NCBI GenBank assembly: GCA_910577815.1
Contig: CAJTNO010000006.1
Location: 15,446-79,445, forward strand
From: an uncultured Christensenella sp.
GTDB lineage: Bacteria; Bacillota; Clostridia; Christensenellales; CAG-917
Direction of reading: 5' to 3'
Length of the DNA stretch: 64,000 nt
Position 1 is the stretch's first letter; each line of letters begins with the position of its first letter. Under the pieces are notes generated by a model, which did no database searches, was not told the DNA's origin, and saw nothing but the letters and a program-made list of their open reading frames with translations. Both the position numbers and the translations under genes were made by a program. This document shows, one piece after another, positions 35,720 to 46,197 of this stretch.

Positions 35720-38700
35720 ATGAGAACAAAAACCAAAAGCTTCGCGTCTGTAGCGCTGATGCTCGTTTTGGCTATAGTGCTCATATCCGCTATGAGCTAC
35801 TCCCTTACACCGGGAGTTTCGTTTGCAGCGGCTGACGGCACTATAACATCGATAGACGAAATCGGCGTCGGGCATATGAGCGACATACACTACTTCCCGT
35901 TGTCGCACTGCTATCAGGACGCATACGGTCCTACATACAAGGACAGCGAATTTTATCATTCCACAACCGGCGATACAAAGCTGGTGCTTGAAAGCGGAAT
36001 GGTGCTTAACGCAACGATTAAGCAGATTATAGCGGACGGAATTGCAAAAAAAGCTCCGCAATATCTGATTGCATCGGGCGACCTATCCAAAAACGGCGAG
36101 CGCGTCGCGCTTATTGACGTTGCAAACTCTCTGCGCTATTTGCAGAATGAAATGCGCAAGCTCGATGGATATGAAAACTTCCAAGTATTCGCCACTGTAG
36201 GCAACCACGACCTTTACAACCATAACGGCGCGCTGTACTCGCAGGAGGACGGAAAGTCAAGACCTGCGGATATGATTACCGCTATGCAGTTTGCAATGAT
36301 ATTTGCGGGACTCGGTTTTCCCGAGGTTTCTCTCGACACCGCCGAGGAAGGCAGACTGACTCTTACCGACTATTTGCCTGCCGAATACTGGTATTCAAAC
36401 TATACGAGCGGTTACGTTGCTTCCGATAACGCTCAAAATCTGGAAATAGCATACTATTCCCCTGCTCTCGCTCAAATCGCCAATAAAAAAACGTCCTCCG
36501 AAATCCTTGATTGCTATTTCAATGTCGGCGACGGTCTAAATCAACTCACTTATTTTGCAAGCCTTACGGATAAGACAGGTTATTCCTTTGCTATAATCGA
36601 TTCCTCCGACCGCGAGGAAACCGACTCGGGCGCGCTCGTGCGTATCAGTCAAAAGGAATTCGACAAGATGCCTGCAAGCTCACAGCCTAAGACCGTCTAC
36701 CTCGACAACGGCAACAGCAACGTCGAAATAGATTTGGCAAATCCCCAAAATCCGGGCGAGGCGTTCAATCAAACGGAAAAGGCGGTTTATCGCCGTACTC
36801 CCGTGCAGCACATCACAGGCGGTCGCATCACTACCGAGTGCCTCGATTGGGTGGAAATACAGTGCAATAAGCAAAATACCGCAAATATGGAGGAAACTAT
36901 AATATCAAGCTTCCACCATAACGTGCTCCCCCACTTCGAGCAGGAGGATGATATCCTTAAGGACTTCACCCTCTACAACTGGGAATACACCGCCAAGCGC
37001 TTCCTCGATATGGGTATCCGCTACTCCCTCACGGGACATATGCACGCGTCCGACGCTATGTCTTATACCGACGTGGAAGGTCGCACCCTCTACGATTTCG
37101 AAACAGGCTCTACAATCAGCTACTCCTCGCCCCGCCGCTATCTCACCTTTGAGCGCAATAACTGCGACGGAAAGCTCGGAGAACAGCTCACATCAGAGGT
37201 TCACGTTCTCGGAAATATTAAGGAAATAGCAAGCGACAATATCGCAAACGCTCCCGTCTGGAACGACGCAAGCTATCAAGCTGCGATTGCCAATTACAAG
37301 TCCATCCCCGAAACAAACGTAGAAGAACGTGCTCAGGCGTGGCAGAATGTTGTAAAGACTAACCCCGATTATCTTACCTATATCATAAGATACGACGAGT
37401 TTGCAAAGCTTACCAACCCCGACACGATGTATAACGACTTTATCAGCCAGGACATCTACTGCATTATCGTGGACAGAATGGTTGACCACTTTATCAATCA
37501 AAGCACCATAGACGGATTACTCGACACCGCACACGAATTCATCCTCGGATTAGACAAAAATCCGTCCTTCACTGTAAAAATGGTATTGAACGCTCTCGGC
37601 GTCAACGGCGTTATCCTTGACAAAGCCGCAGATTATATGATTGATACCATCCTCTACAACCTTTACGGCAATAAAGGCTATCCTGATAATAAGAGCAATT
37701 CAACGCTTGAGTATGTACTTTCCATAGTAAACGGAATACTCGACCTTGAATACGGCGACGCAACCGTAGGCACCGAGAGTTCAAATCCCAACAAAACCAA
37801 TGTCGGAAAGCTCAAGGTTCGCGAGCTTGCAAGCTTCATTATGATGTCGCATTCCGCAGGCAACGAAATTTCCTTTGACGAAACATATGCTTCAATAGAC
37901 GCTAAATTCGGTCATAACGACGCAGATTACGGAGATAATCACTATCGCTATAAACAACCTACCAATCCCGTTTTCCGCAAACGTATGCTCGCTGCCTTAA
38001 AGGATTTCGACAAACAGCTCAAGAACGGTGAGGTTGTAAAGGTTCTTATCGATTCCATTCTCGACCCCCTGTTTAATAACGAGGATTCTATCCTGAAAAC
38101 ATTGTTGAATTATAAGTTCGATTTCAGCAAAGCCGATTTAACTCCCGAGGAGTTCAAAAAAGTCGAAGAATTGTTTGGAACAAAACTGAAAAACTTAGGT
38201 GAATTAGCGGGAATGATAGGCATTAAACTACCTGAAAACGTGTCTTTGTCATATGATGCAAAATCCGTTAGCCTAAATGATATCCTAACCGACCTATTTC
38301 CCGTTGCCAAGCCTCTTATCGGCAGTATGCTCGGCTTCAATATGGTTGGCGACAATATTATAGAGGTTGTGGAAAATTTCCTTAACGACTACCTCACCCA
38401 AAGCTTCTACGTAGGTCTCGGCGGAATTGCAAGCAATATAGTAACGGCATTTGCAACCGATATTTATCCCGACTTAGCCGACCAGCTCAATCCCGCGACT
38501 CCGTTTGCTATTCAGCCCTTCGGCGAATACACGTATGCGGGCGAAAAGATGTCCTATGTGGGCAGCAAAAACATAGTATCGTCCGTAAACGCTTCATTTA
38601 ACGCCGCAACGCAGGATAACGGCAGAGTTCCAAGCCGCGTCACTGCCAACTTCGATACTATAAACAGCACAACGGCATTTACCGTCAAGTTCTACACCGC

Positions 38701-40423
38701 AGAAGAAGTCTACGGCACGTTTAAGTATAAGACCTCCGTGGACGAAGCTTGGACAACCGTTTCGACATCCAAAGAGAAAGCGGACTCGGATGCAGACTAT
38801 TTTGATTCGTCCAACTCCCTCACCTCAAACGGAATAACCGTTGAAATGCTCACTCAGACCAAGCCCGTATACCTCCCGCTCATCGACCTCGGTCTGCTTT
38901 GCCTTACCCACGCGGAGGTAGATTATGAAAAGGAAGTAAACGGTGAAACCGTGGATGTCCCCTATAAGTACGGCGAACGTGACAACGCTCATAAAAACAG
39001 CATTGTTTACTGGAACGTAACCACAGTTACGGTAACCGGACTTTCTCCCGATACCACCTATTATTATGATATCGAGGGTATTTACGAAAGCGATACCGCA
39101 ACCGCAAGCTTCTCATTTGTAGAGTACAATAAAACGCTCGGCTATGACAGAGATTACTTCACCTTTAAAACAGCAAAGAGCGCGGACTCCGATAAATTCG
39201 AGTTCCTCACCATCGCCGACATTCAGGGAATGATACAAGGAATGTACTCCGATAGCTTTAACGCCGTAAAAGCTCTGCTTGCAAACGACGCTACAAAGAA
39301 TTTCGATTTCATCCTTAACGCAGGCGATATGTGCGACAACGGCAAGAACTTCAACCAGTGGGCAATGGCTCTTAATACCTATCAGACGCTGTTTGCCAAC
39401 ACCTCTATGTTCTTTGCCGCAGGAAACCACGAAAGCGGCTCAAATGCGCTTACAAACTACTTCAACTATTCTATGGAAGAAGGTCAGACTACCGCCGACG
39501 GCGCATATTATTCCTTCGATTATGCAAACGCTCACTTCGTTGTACTCAATACCAACGATGCCGACAACAACGGACTCGGTCAGGCTCAGCTCGCTTGGCT
39601 AACCGAGGACCTGAAAAACTCCGACAGCAAATGGAAGTTTGTCCTTATGCACAAGAGCCTTTACAGCGGCGGTTCTCACTCCACCGACTCCGAGGTAGTC
39701 GCAATGCGCGCGCAGCTCCAAAAGCTATTTGCCGAAACAGGCGTAACAATCGTATTCGGAGGTCACGACCACACCTATACATCTACCTATCTCGTAGACC
39801 AAAACGGTAACGTCATCGACAAGAGCAATGACGCCGAAATCAAGTCGTCGGGCGACGGCGTGCTGTATATCACTCTCGGCACTATGGGTACCAAGTTCTA
39901 CACCTACAAGCCAAACGACGATATTTCCGGAAACTTCGATGAGGACAACAGCATACTCGATACGCTCTCGTCTCAGACCTTCGGCAAAGTAGTCGTAGAA
40001 GGCGACGTTCTCACCTACACCGGTTATCAGTACGACAGCAAAACAAATACTATCAAAACTATAGGCGAAAGCACCAAACTCAAAGCAATCTCTAAAGAAA
40101 CAACGGGATTGTCCCTCGGTGCAAAAATAGCCATAGGCGTGGTGGTTCCCGTCGTAATCTTGGCTGTTGCCGCAGTAGTAATAATTATAGTTGTCAAAAA
40201 ACAGCAGGAAAAAAAGAGATTGGAAGCTCTGCGCAGAAAGAAAATAGCGGCGCTTAAGCGTGCAAAATTGGAGGCTATGGCTCGCGAGGCTAAAGAATGC
40301 GGAATTGAAACGGATTCGGAAAGCACGTCAGAACAAACAGAGCAGCCCGCGTCCGAGCAACCGTCCGATGACGTTGCAACGGCAGATAATTCCGATTCTC
40401 CCAATCAAACACAAACCGAATAA
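35720..40423 (+). CDS. Giant secreted, membrane-anchored protein with two calcineurin-like metallophosphoesterase domains
   Basis: 1567 aa with a signal peptide. Metallophosphoesterase motif sets are GDLSKNGE/GNHD/GHMH near the N-terminus and AGDMCDNG/AAGNHE/GGHDHTY near the C-terminus. A C-terminal TM is followed by a Lys/Arg/Glu-rich tail. Confidence 0.75.
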   Translation: MRTKTKSFASVALMLVLAIVLISAMSYSLTPGVSFAAADGTITSIDEIGVGHMSDIHYFPLSHCYQDAYGPTYKDSEFYHSTTGDTKLVLESGMVLNATIKQIIADGIAKKAPQYLIASGDLSKNGERVALIDVANSLRYLQNEMRKLDGYENFQVFATVGNHDLYNHNGALYSQEDGKSRPADMITAMQFAMIFAGLGFPEVSLDTAEEGRLTLTDYLPAEYWYSNYTSGYVASDNAQNLEIAYYSPALAQIANKKTSSEILDCYFNVGDGLNQLTYFASLTDKTGYSFAIIDSSDREETDSGALVRISQKEFDKMPASSQPKTVYLDNGNSNVEIDLANPQNPGEAFNQTEKAVYRRTPVQHITGGRITTECLDWVEIQCNKQNTANMEETIISSFHHNVLPHFEQEDDILKDFTLYNWEYTAKRFLDMGIRYSLTGHMHASDAMSYTDVEGRTLYDFETGSTISYSSPRRYLTFERNNCDGKLGEQLTSEVHVLGNIKEIASDNIANAPVWNDASYQAAIANYKSIPETNVEERAQAWQNVVKTNPDYLTYIIRYDEFAKLTNPDTMYNDFISQDIYCIIVDRMVDHFINQSTIDGLLDTAHEFILGLDKNPSFTVKMVLNALGVNGVILDKAADYMIDTILYNLYGNKGYPDNKSNSTLEYVLSIVNGILDLEYGDATVGTESSNPNKTNVGKLKVRELASFIMMSHSAGNEISFDETYASIDAKFGHNDADYGDNHYRYKQPTNPVFRKRMLAALKDFDKQLKNGEVVKVLIDSILDPLFNNEDSILKTLLNYKFDFSKADLTPEEFKKVEELFGTKLKNLGELAGMIGIKLPENVSLSYDAKSVSLNDILTDLFPVAKPLIGSMLGFNMVGDNIIEVVENFLNDYLTQSFYVGLGGIASNIVTAFATDIYPDLADQLNPATPFAIQPFGEYTYAGEKMSYVGSKNIVSSVNASFNAATQDNGRVPSRVTANFDTINSTTAFTVKFYTAEEVYGTFKYKTSVDEAWTTVSTSKEKADSDADYFDSSNSLTSNGITVEMLTQTKPVYLPLIDLGLLCLTHAEVDYEKEVNGETVDVPYKYGERDNAHKNSIVYWNVTTVTVTGLSPDTTYYYDIEGIYESDTATASFSFVEYNKTLGYDRDYFTFKTAKSADSDKFEFLTIADIQGMIQGMYSDSFNAVKALLANDATKNFDFILNAGDMCDNGKNFNQWAMALNTYQTLFANTSMFFAAGNHESGSNALTNYFNYSMEEGQTTADGAYYSFDYANAHFVVLNTNDADNNGLGQAQLAWLTEDLKNSDSKWKFVLMHKSLYSGGSHSTDSEVVAMRAQLQKLFAETGVTIVFGGHDHTYTSTYLVDQNGNVIDKSNDAEIKSSGDGVLYITLGTMGTKFYTYKPNDDISGNFDEDNSILDTLSSQTFGKVVVEGDVLTYTGYQYDSKTNTIKTIGESTKLKAISKETTGLSLGAKIAIGVVVPVVILAVAAVVIIIVVKKQQEKKRLEALRRKKIAALKRAKLEAMAREAKECGIETDSESTSEQTEQPASEQPSDDVATADNSDSPNQTQTE

Positions 40424-40503
40424 GTCCTTCTAATCGGATAAAAAATCTACTCGCGCTTAGCGAGTGGATTTTTATTATACGCTTTAATACATAAATACAA
40501 ATT

Positions 40504-41028
40504 TTATTTTGAATACAATTCCCTTATGCATTCCAACAGTAGCTTTTGCCCGTTTCTGTCATAAACCACCGCACAATACGGCTTGCCGTTTGTCCCCTCT
40601 CTTTCCACATATGATATGCCGCACTTTTTGCCGTCGTCAGTCGGCATCTTTGTATTTTTACCTTCGTTATCAGTACATACATATAGATAACCTTTCTCTA
40701 CAAGCCAATCCCATATTTTATTCGCGCTCGGTCCTAAGCCTTTGTTAGAATACTTTATGTTTTTTATAAACGTAGTCAAACTGCTTGGTCTATCCAAAAT
40801 ATATTTACTTAAATCGGATTCTTTATCAATCTCGAAGGTATCGCTTTTAGTCTTTACGGGAGCCGCTTTATAGCTTTGCAATATATCTCTTACAAAAAAC
40901 AAACATCTGATAATTTCAGGTTCATCAAAAACCGTTTCAAACAGTTCTTCCCCTGTCAAAGGATTTAATCCGTTTGCCAAGCTTTCTATATACTCTCTCG
41001 CTTTATCTATTTTATTTACATCGCTCAT
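40504..41028 (-). CDS. Hypothetical protein (AT-rich orphan gene)
   Basis: 174 aa, monocistronic, flanked by terminators and a 270-bp AT-rich upstream region. No motif recognised. Confidence 0.5.
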   Translation of the reverse strand: MSDVNKIDKAREYIESLANGLNPLTGEELFETVFDEPEIIRCLFFVRDILQSYKAAPVKTKSDTFEIDKESDLSKYILDRPSSLTTFIKNIKYSNKGLGPSANKIWDWLVEKGYLYVCTDNEGKNTKMPTDDGKKCGISYVEREGTNGKPYCAVVYDRNGQKLLLECIRELYSK

Positions 41029-41260
41029 ATTATTTTCCTCCGTATTTTAATTAGTCAGTTAAACAAATAAAACGCAATATTTAATTACTTATATCAACAA
41101 ATAAACTCATTAAATATTGTCATATTAAATTTCGATTTATTTAAATATAGTATAGCAGAAATTAGGATATTTTCCTATTATAAAGTTGCAAATATTTATT
41201 TTTTTCATAAACGATATTTTAATGACGCTAATACGCAAGCATAAAAATTGTTTTTATTAA

Positions 41261-41293
41261 AAGCAAACTCCGCATATAAGCGGAGTTTGCTTT
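41261..41293 (-). terminator. Intrinsic terminator of the 1564-aa gene
   Basis: GCAAACTCCGC-ATATAA-GCGGAGTTTGC with A/T extensions. Confidence 0.75.
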
Positions 41294-41301
41294 ACTGTTT
41301 A

Positions 41302-44300
41302 TCAAACCTTATTTATTTTTATAGCCCTGCCGCCCGTAAGCGTTATCATCTTAACCGCAGGTAACGTAAAGTCGTTGGCTACTATTATAAGCGGCTTTGT
41401 TAGGCGTTGTCCTGCAGTCACTGTGTAGCCCGTGCACTCCTCGCTTACAAGTCCCATTTTCTTAAGCTTTTCAAGCGTTACCCTGTTTCCGTCCTGGAAC
41501 TTTGCGTCTATATCGTCAAGCTTCAGCGTTTCTATATAGCTTTCGTCGATACTCTCCACGTTCTTACTCTCTATGCACTTCTCCGCAAGCTCGTCGGATA
41601 GGACGTCGCAGTCGTGTACGTGCATTACCTCGCACAGCAAGCCCTTATTCTGCTTATTCGTCAATAGCTTGTTGTGCTTAAGCGTGAATATAAGCTCCTG
41701 TATGCTTCTGTCGTTGTAACGCTTCCTCGCTTCCATATTCAGTTCCTGGAATAAGGCGAGTATCAGCTCCTGCGCTCTCGTCAAGGCTCTGTCCGAGGAC
41801 ACGCGTACATACATAGGCACGTCTACAAATCTCGGCTTATCCGATACGTCCTTATGGTGATAACGGCGAGCGTCATATTCATAGGGCTTGAGTGCAAGCC
41901 ACAGCTTGATTGAACGCTTCGCTATGCCTATTACCGCTATTACCTGTCCTTGATAACGTATCTTTTCTACGCGCTTGTATACGCGATAGGTTACGCCCTT
42001 TTGCGAGCAGAACAGATTTTTAACAGCGGCATACCACTCTCTGTTTTTATCCGAGCTTTGCTTTAAGCGCATACGGAAGTTGGGATATGTCTTTTTGACA
42101 GTTCCGTCCTCCTCGATTATGACGGCTTCTACAAAATCGTCGTCATCCTCGTCGAGTATGCTGTCCCATTCCTCCTCGTCATCGTCTATATCGTCGTCAT
42201 CCTCGCGCTCGGCGGCGACATAAACGTTATTGGAGCTTTGCGACATCAACAGTAATTGCTGTTGTAAATCGTCTATTTTAGATACGAGCGAATTATATTT
42301 GTCATCCTGCTCGCCCGGAGCGGTAAGGTATGCGGTAGTTTCAGGCACAATCTGCTGTACTGCGGGCAACAACCTTTCAAATACCTTGTCTGCAATAAGG
42401 TCGGTATCGTCCATACTCGCATAAGACATATTATCCGACTGCTGTCTGCCCATAAGGTTTGCAAGCATAATTTTCATTGCTTCGTCGCGCTTTGCCTGCT
42501 CCTCGCGCAACGCCGCCATCTCCTCGCGGTGACGTTCTTCTTCCTGTCTGCGTCTTTCTTCCATTTCAAGCAGACGCTGTTCAAATATTTCGCTGTCACC
42601 AGACCTTGCCGCCTGAGTTATGCTCTCCTGGAATGCCAGCTGTCTTGCCTCCTGCGCTTCCTCGCGTGCAATTCTTTCCTGCTTCTCCGCCTCGCGCTCC
42701 TGTTTTTCGGCTGTAAGCTTGCGCTGTTCGCTCTCCTCTATAGCCGTTTCCTTGGCAAGCTCCGCCTGCTTCCAACCTCTGCGCGTTAGCAAAGCTATTA
42801 AGAACATCAACAGCATCACTCCGCACAGCGAGAACGCTATTATGCTCCATACCATATTGGACAGGTTAAGCCATACTATGTCTGTTGCAAATATCGGCAA
42901 TAACCCTGCCGCATAGGTCTTGGCGTTATACTTCTTTGCCTCGCCCTTTGCTTTCTTCTTGCGGTTGCCGTACTGTATCGCCTTTATCATAAAGATTAAG
43001 GTAAACAATAATGCCACGCAGGACGTTATCACCTGCCACAGCGGGAAATGACTTTCTATAAGCTTTTCAAAGAATTCCTTTATCTTATCTATAAAGCTTC
43101 CGCCGTCTCCCGGTTTTTCCGGTGGCGTGGGATTGGGATTGTTCGGGTCCTCCACAACGCTGAACGTCAGCGTTATCGCGTCGCGTGTGCCGTCCTCCCA
43201 GACGTAGTTAGCTCCGTCTCTGAATCGGATTACTATTGTGTATTCACCCTTATCCGTTACTGTCAATGAACCCGAAGCTATCGCCATTATGCTGTCGTCA
43301 AAGCCGTCCAGCTCGAAGGTAAGCGTACTTGCAGTATAGAACTTGCTGTCCTCCTTCAACGTCGGCTTTGCTATCGGTGTTGCGGGATTTAACGGGTCCG
43401 CAGGCGTTGTAAACTCCGCATAGTCGTTTACTCCGTCGCTATACTCTATGCGTACGTTATCTCCGTACTTGCTTTCTACCTTTACCCTGAACGTAGTGTT
43501 GTACGTATTCATTACGTCCTCGTACGTCACGGTAGCTCCGTTAAGGTCCGAATATACTCTGTTTATAAAATCTCTGTCGTTTGCATCGTCTACCTGTATA
43601 TTGGGTATGCCTGATGACGTCCAGCCGTTTACCTTTATCACCCTCGGCACTATCTTAACCGTTATGCTTACAAACGTAATGTCCTCGGGGTCGTCCGGAT
43701 TATCCCATACTACGTTGCCCACTCCAAGCTCGGGCTTAAAGCGGAATACAAGCACATAATCGCCTATCTCCTTCGCCGTGTAATCGGTATAAGCCAATCC
43801 GTTTTTCTTGATGTCTATAGTAAGGTAATTAGCCCAGTCCTGCGGCACGCCCAACAGAGATATAAAATCCACGTCTCGGTTATTAAATACTATTTCGTCT
43901 CCCGAGTATGCAGGCTTTGTAACCTTGTGCGTGTTTATGCTCCAATCCAGGGTAAATTCTCTGTCATAGGCGTCAAATGTATCGTCGAGATTTACAAGTC
44001 TTACCTTTGCAACATAGTTACTGCTTACATTGACTTCTATAACGTTACCGCTATATCCCTGTATCTTAACGCCCTTATCCGCAAGAGACGCGCCGTCCGA
44101 TGTGTATTCGGATACGGTAATGGTATATCCTCCGGGTAACCAGGGTAACGCAAATGAGGACGGAACGTTATCGTTTGCCTGCCAAATCAAATCGTCCGCG
44201 GTTATCGTAACCGCTCCGCGTATGTCAAAATTTACGTATTTAGACGCGGTTGCGTCATTCAGTTCATAGTTACAGGTTGAAGGATTGTTGATAACAACTC

Positions 44301-45996
44301 TGACCTTATATTTACCCGCCGCAGTCGGCAAGGTATCAAACTCCGCCCCGCCCGATTGCAGACTGAATTTAAGCACAAGGTCGGGAGCGCGCGCCGTTCC
44401 GTTGTCGGAGGCAAATACGCCCTGAATATTAGTTACTCCGTTTTGGTCGAAGGTAACGCCGATTTTACGCTTGATTATATTAAAGTTGAAGGTACGTTCC
44501 TTGGCGGCACTGCTTGTGGTGGGATTTTTAAAGGAATACTCCGCAGCGGAGCTTTTAATTTTAGCCTTGACAGCTTTAGTACCCGCATTTGTCATATCCG
44601 CAGGATACTCAATATCTAAAATGCTCGCGTCATACCAAGCTTTATCCGCAGGCGCAACGTCGTCCATAGACAACGCATTGCCGGTATACTCTATTGAAAC
44701 ATCTGTCGGTTGATTTATTTCTCTTATCCAATTTTTAGAGGCTTGTGTTAAATTAAGGTGTAAAGCAGGACGTAATACAAAATCCTGACCATCAGAAGTA
44801 GGATAGCTTCTATCACCCGTAGCTGTTAGCGCATATACAGATGCAACATTATAATCACTGCTTCGCATTGCTTGCGTTCCAGTCGAACTTAATATTGCGT
44901 GTCTATTAGGAATGCCCCACAAACTCGTACCATAATCATTCTCAGACTTATAACAACCAGTTTCAGTAATACTTGGCAACCAAAGCCAATCGCTTTTCCA
45001 ATCATAGTACTGCGGCTTAGCTATAAACTGATTTGCATCACTAATATTTGCAGAAGGTCCCGAATACCAACCACCAACACCACCTATTCCTTTTAAACTT
45101 GTATCAGGTCCTGTAATACCATCTGTACCATTACCCCAAGCTTCATTAGGTAGCATCTTCAAATGTGGAGCAACACTTATGTACATACTCCAAACCCAAT
45201 TTTCCGCACGTTGATACACCGCGCTTTCTGGCTGTGCTAAATACTGAGTTAAACTCCTTTTGCCAACTGACGTAGACGATGACATTGTAAATGCTGAAAA
45301 AGGATGATTTATTCTGTCCCCTTGTGTACCCGTAAGTGAGGTTAAACTTTTAGCATACATCGCGCCTGCGTCACCGCCACCGTTTAAAGTAGCTACACGA
45401 ATTTTACTTGTAGAATACATAGAACCAGGATATGGACTACTTGTATTTGAACTTGAATACTCGTTCCACTGATAAGTTCCATCGCATTTTTCGCTCATCC
45501 AAAGCGTTACAATCAAATCGCCTGCTTTGGTATTCCCGTCCGAACCGTCAAGAGTATTGGTTGTTGCATAAACAACATTCCATTTATATCCCCCGAATTC
45601 TACAGTAATTGCGTTGCCACCATTAATATCCTTAAAACCCATTGAATGGGCTTGAGTATTAGTATTTTGCCCTGTACTTGTAGAACCTATAGTTACGCTT
45701 TGATGCGAGTTAACGGCATTATATAAATCAGTATAAGTTGTCTTGCTTGTTGTACCAAGAATTGCAGAATATAACTTATCTAAAACATCACCGTCAAATA
45801 CTTTTCCGTCGACTCGCGTAGCATAATCACTAAGTGTTAATGAGCCAATCGAAGCAGGAGCTACACCTGCAGTATAAGCATTGCTATTTGATAAAGATTG
45901 ACCGTTAAAAGCAAAAATTGCGCTTGTTAAAACAAACGCAAATATTAGTGCGATTATTGCAAAGAATTTTCTATTTCTTTTGCGCGTCAACTCCAT
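41302..45996 (-). CDS. Giant membrane protein: extracellular N-terminal ~980 aa, a TM cluster, then a cytoplasmic Glu/Arg coiled coil, an acidic linker and a uL15-like C-terminal domain
   Basis: 1564 aa. It has an N-terminal signal anchor and three hydrophobic segments near aa 990-1075. After these come EQRKLTAEKQEREAEKQERIAREEAQEARQ…, a poly-Asp/Glu stretch, and a C-terminal ~70 aa that aligns by eye with the ribosomal protein uL15 C-terminus. Confidence 0.7.
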   Translation of the reverse strand: MELTRKRNRKFFAIIALIFAFVLTSAIFAFNGQSLSNSNAYTAGVAPASIGSLTLSDYATRVDGKVFDGDVLDKLYSAILGTTSKTTYTDLYNAVNSHQSVTIGSTSTGQNTNTQAHSMGFKDINGGNAITVEFGGYKWNVVYATTNTLDGSDGNTKAGDLIVTLWMSEKCDGTYQWNEYSSSNTSSPYPGSMYSTSKIRVATLNGGGDAGAMYAKSLTSLTGTQGDRINHPFSAFTMSSSTSVGKRSLTQYLAQPESAVYQRAENWVWSMYISVAPHLKMLPNEAWGNGTDGITGPDTSLKGIGGVGGWYSGPSANISDANQFIAKPQYYDWKSDWLWLPSITETGCYKSENDYGTSLWGIPNRHAILSSTGTQAMRSSDYNVASVYALTATGDRSYPTSDGQDFVLRPALHLNLTQASKNWIREINQPTDVSIEYTGNALSMDDVAPADKAWYDASILDIEYPADMTNAGTKAVKAKIKSSAAEYSFKNPTTSSAAKERTFNFNIIKRKIGVTFDQNGVTNIQGVFASDNGTARAPDLVLKFSLQSGGAEFDTLPTAAGKYKVRVVINNPSTCNYELNDATASKYVNFDIRGAVTITADDLIWQANDNVPSSFALPWLPGGYTITVSEYTSDGASLADKGVKIQGYSGNVIEVNVSSNYVAKVRLVNLDDTFDAYDREFTLDWSINTHKVTKPAYSGDEIVFNNRDVDFISLLGVPQDWANYLTIDIKKNGLAYTDYTAKEIGDYVLVFRFKPELGVGNVVWDNPDDPEDITFVSITVKIVPRVIKVNGWTSSGIPNIQVDDANDRDFINRVYSDLNGATVTYEDVMNTYNTTFRVKVESKYGDNVRIEYSDGVNDYAEFTTPADPLNPATPIAKPTLKEDSKFYTASTLTFELDGFDDSIMAIASGSLTVTDKGEYTIVIRFRDGANYVWEDGTRDAITLTFSVVEDPNNPNPTPPEKPGDGGSFIDKIKEFFEKLIESHFPLWQVITSCVALLFTLIFMIKAIQYGNRKKKAKGEAKKYNAKTYAAGLLPIFATDIVWLNLSNMVWSIIAFSLCGVMLLMFLIALLTRRGWKQAELAKETAIEESEQRKLTAEKQEREAEKQERIAREEAQEARQLAFQESITQAARSGDSEIFEQRLLEMEERRRQEEERHREEMAALREEQAKRDEAMKIMLANLMGRQQSDNMSYASMDDTDLIADKVFERLLPAVQQIVPETTAYLTAPGEQDDKYNSLVSKIDDLQQQLLLMSQSSNNVYVAAEREDDDDIDDDEEEWDSILDEDDDDFVEAVIIEEDGTVKKTYPNFRMRLKQSSDKNREWYAAVKNLFCSQKGVTYRVYKRVEKIRYQGQVIAVIGIAKRSIKLWLALKPYEYDARRYHHKDVSDKPRFVDVPMYVRVSSDRALTRAQELILALFQELNMEARKRYNDRSIQELIFTLKHNKLLTNKQNKGLLCEVMHVHDCDVLSDELAEKCIESKNVESIDESYIETLKLDDIDAKFQDGNRVTLEKLKKMGLVSEECTGYTVTAGQRLTKPLIIVANDFTLPAVKMITLTGGRAIKINKV

Positions 45997-46031
45997 ACCC
46001 CCGTAGTATTATTCCCGCAAATAAAATTATG

Positions 46032-46054
46032 CATAGAATATACTGTTCTATGTA
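46032..46054. repeat. Left inverted repeat (lox-like site) of the putative invertible promoter
   Basis: CATAGAA-TATACTG-TTCTATG-TA. It is the exact reverse complement of 46198..46220. Confidence 0.85.
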
Positions 46055-46144
46055 TATCAAAGGTAAATTGAGGAAAAACAATGGTTAAAATTACTCGGAT
46101 ACGGCTTAAAAAGTACGGAAAAATGCGTATTTATGCGAAATATA

Positions 46145-46173
46145 TTGACAAATAATGTAGCTTTAAATAGAAT
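46145..46173 (+). promoter_or_regulatory. Near-consensus sigma-70-type promoter inside the IR-flanked segment, currently pointing away from the 1564-aa gene
   Basis: TTGACA (46145..46150), a 17-nt spacer, then TAGAAT (46168..46173) on the + strand. Confidence 0.6.
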
Positions 46174-46197
46174 TATACTACTAATAAAAAAAGTACG

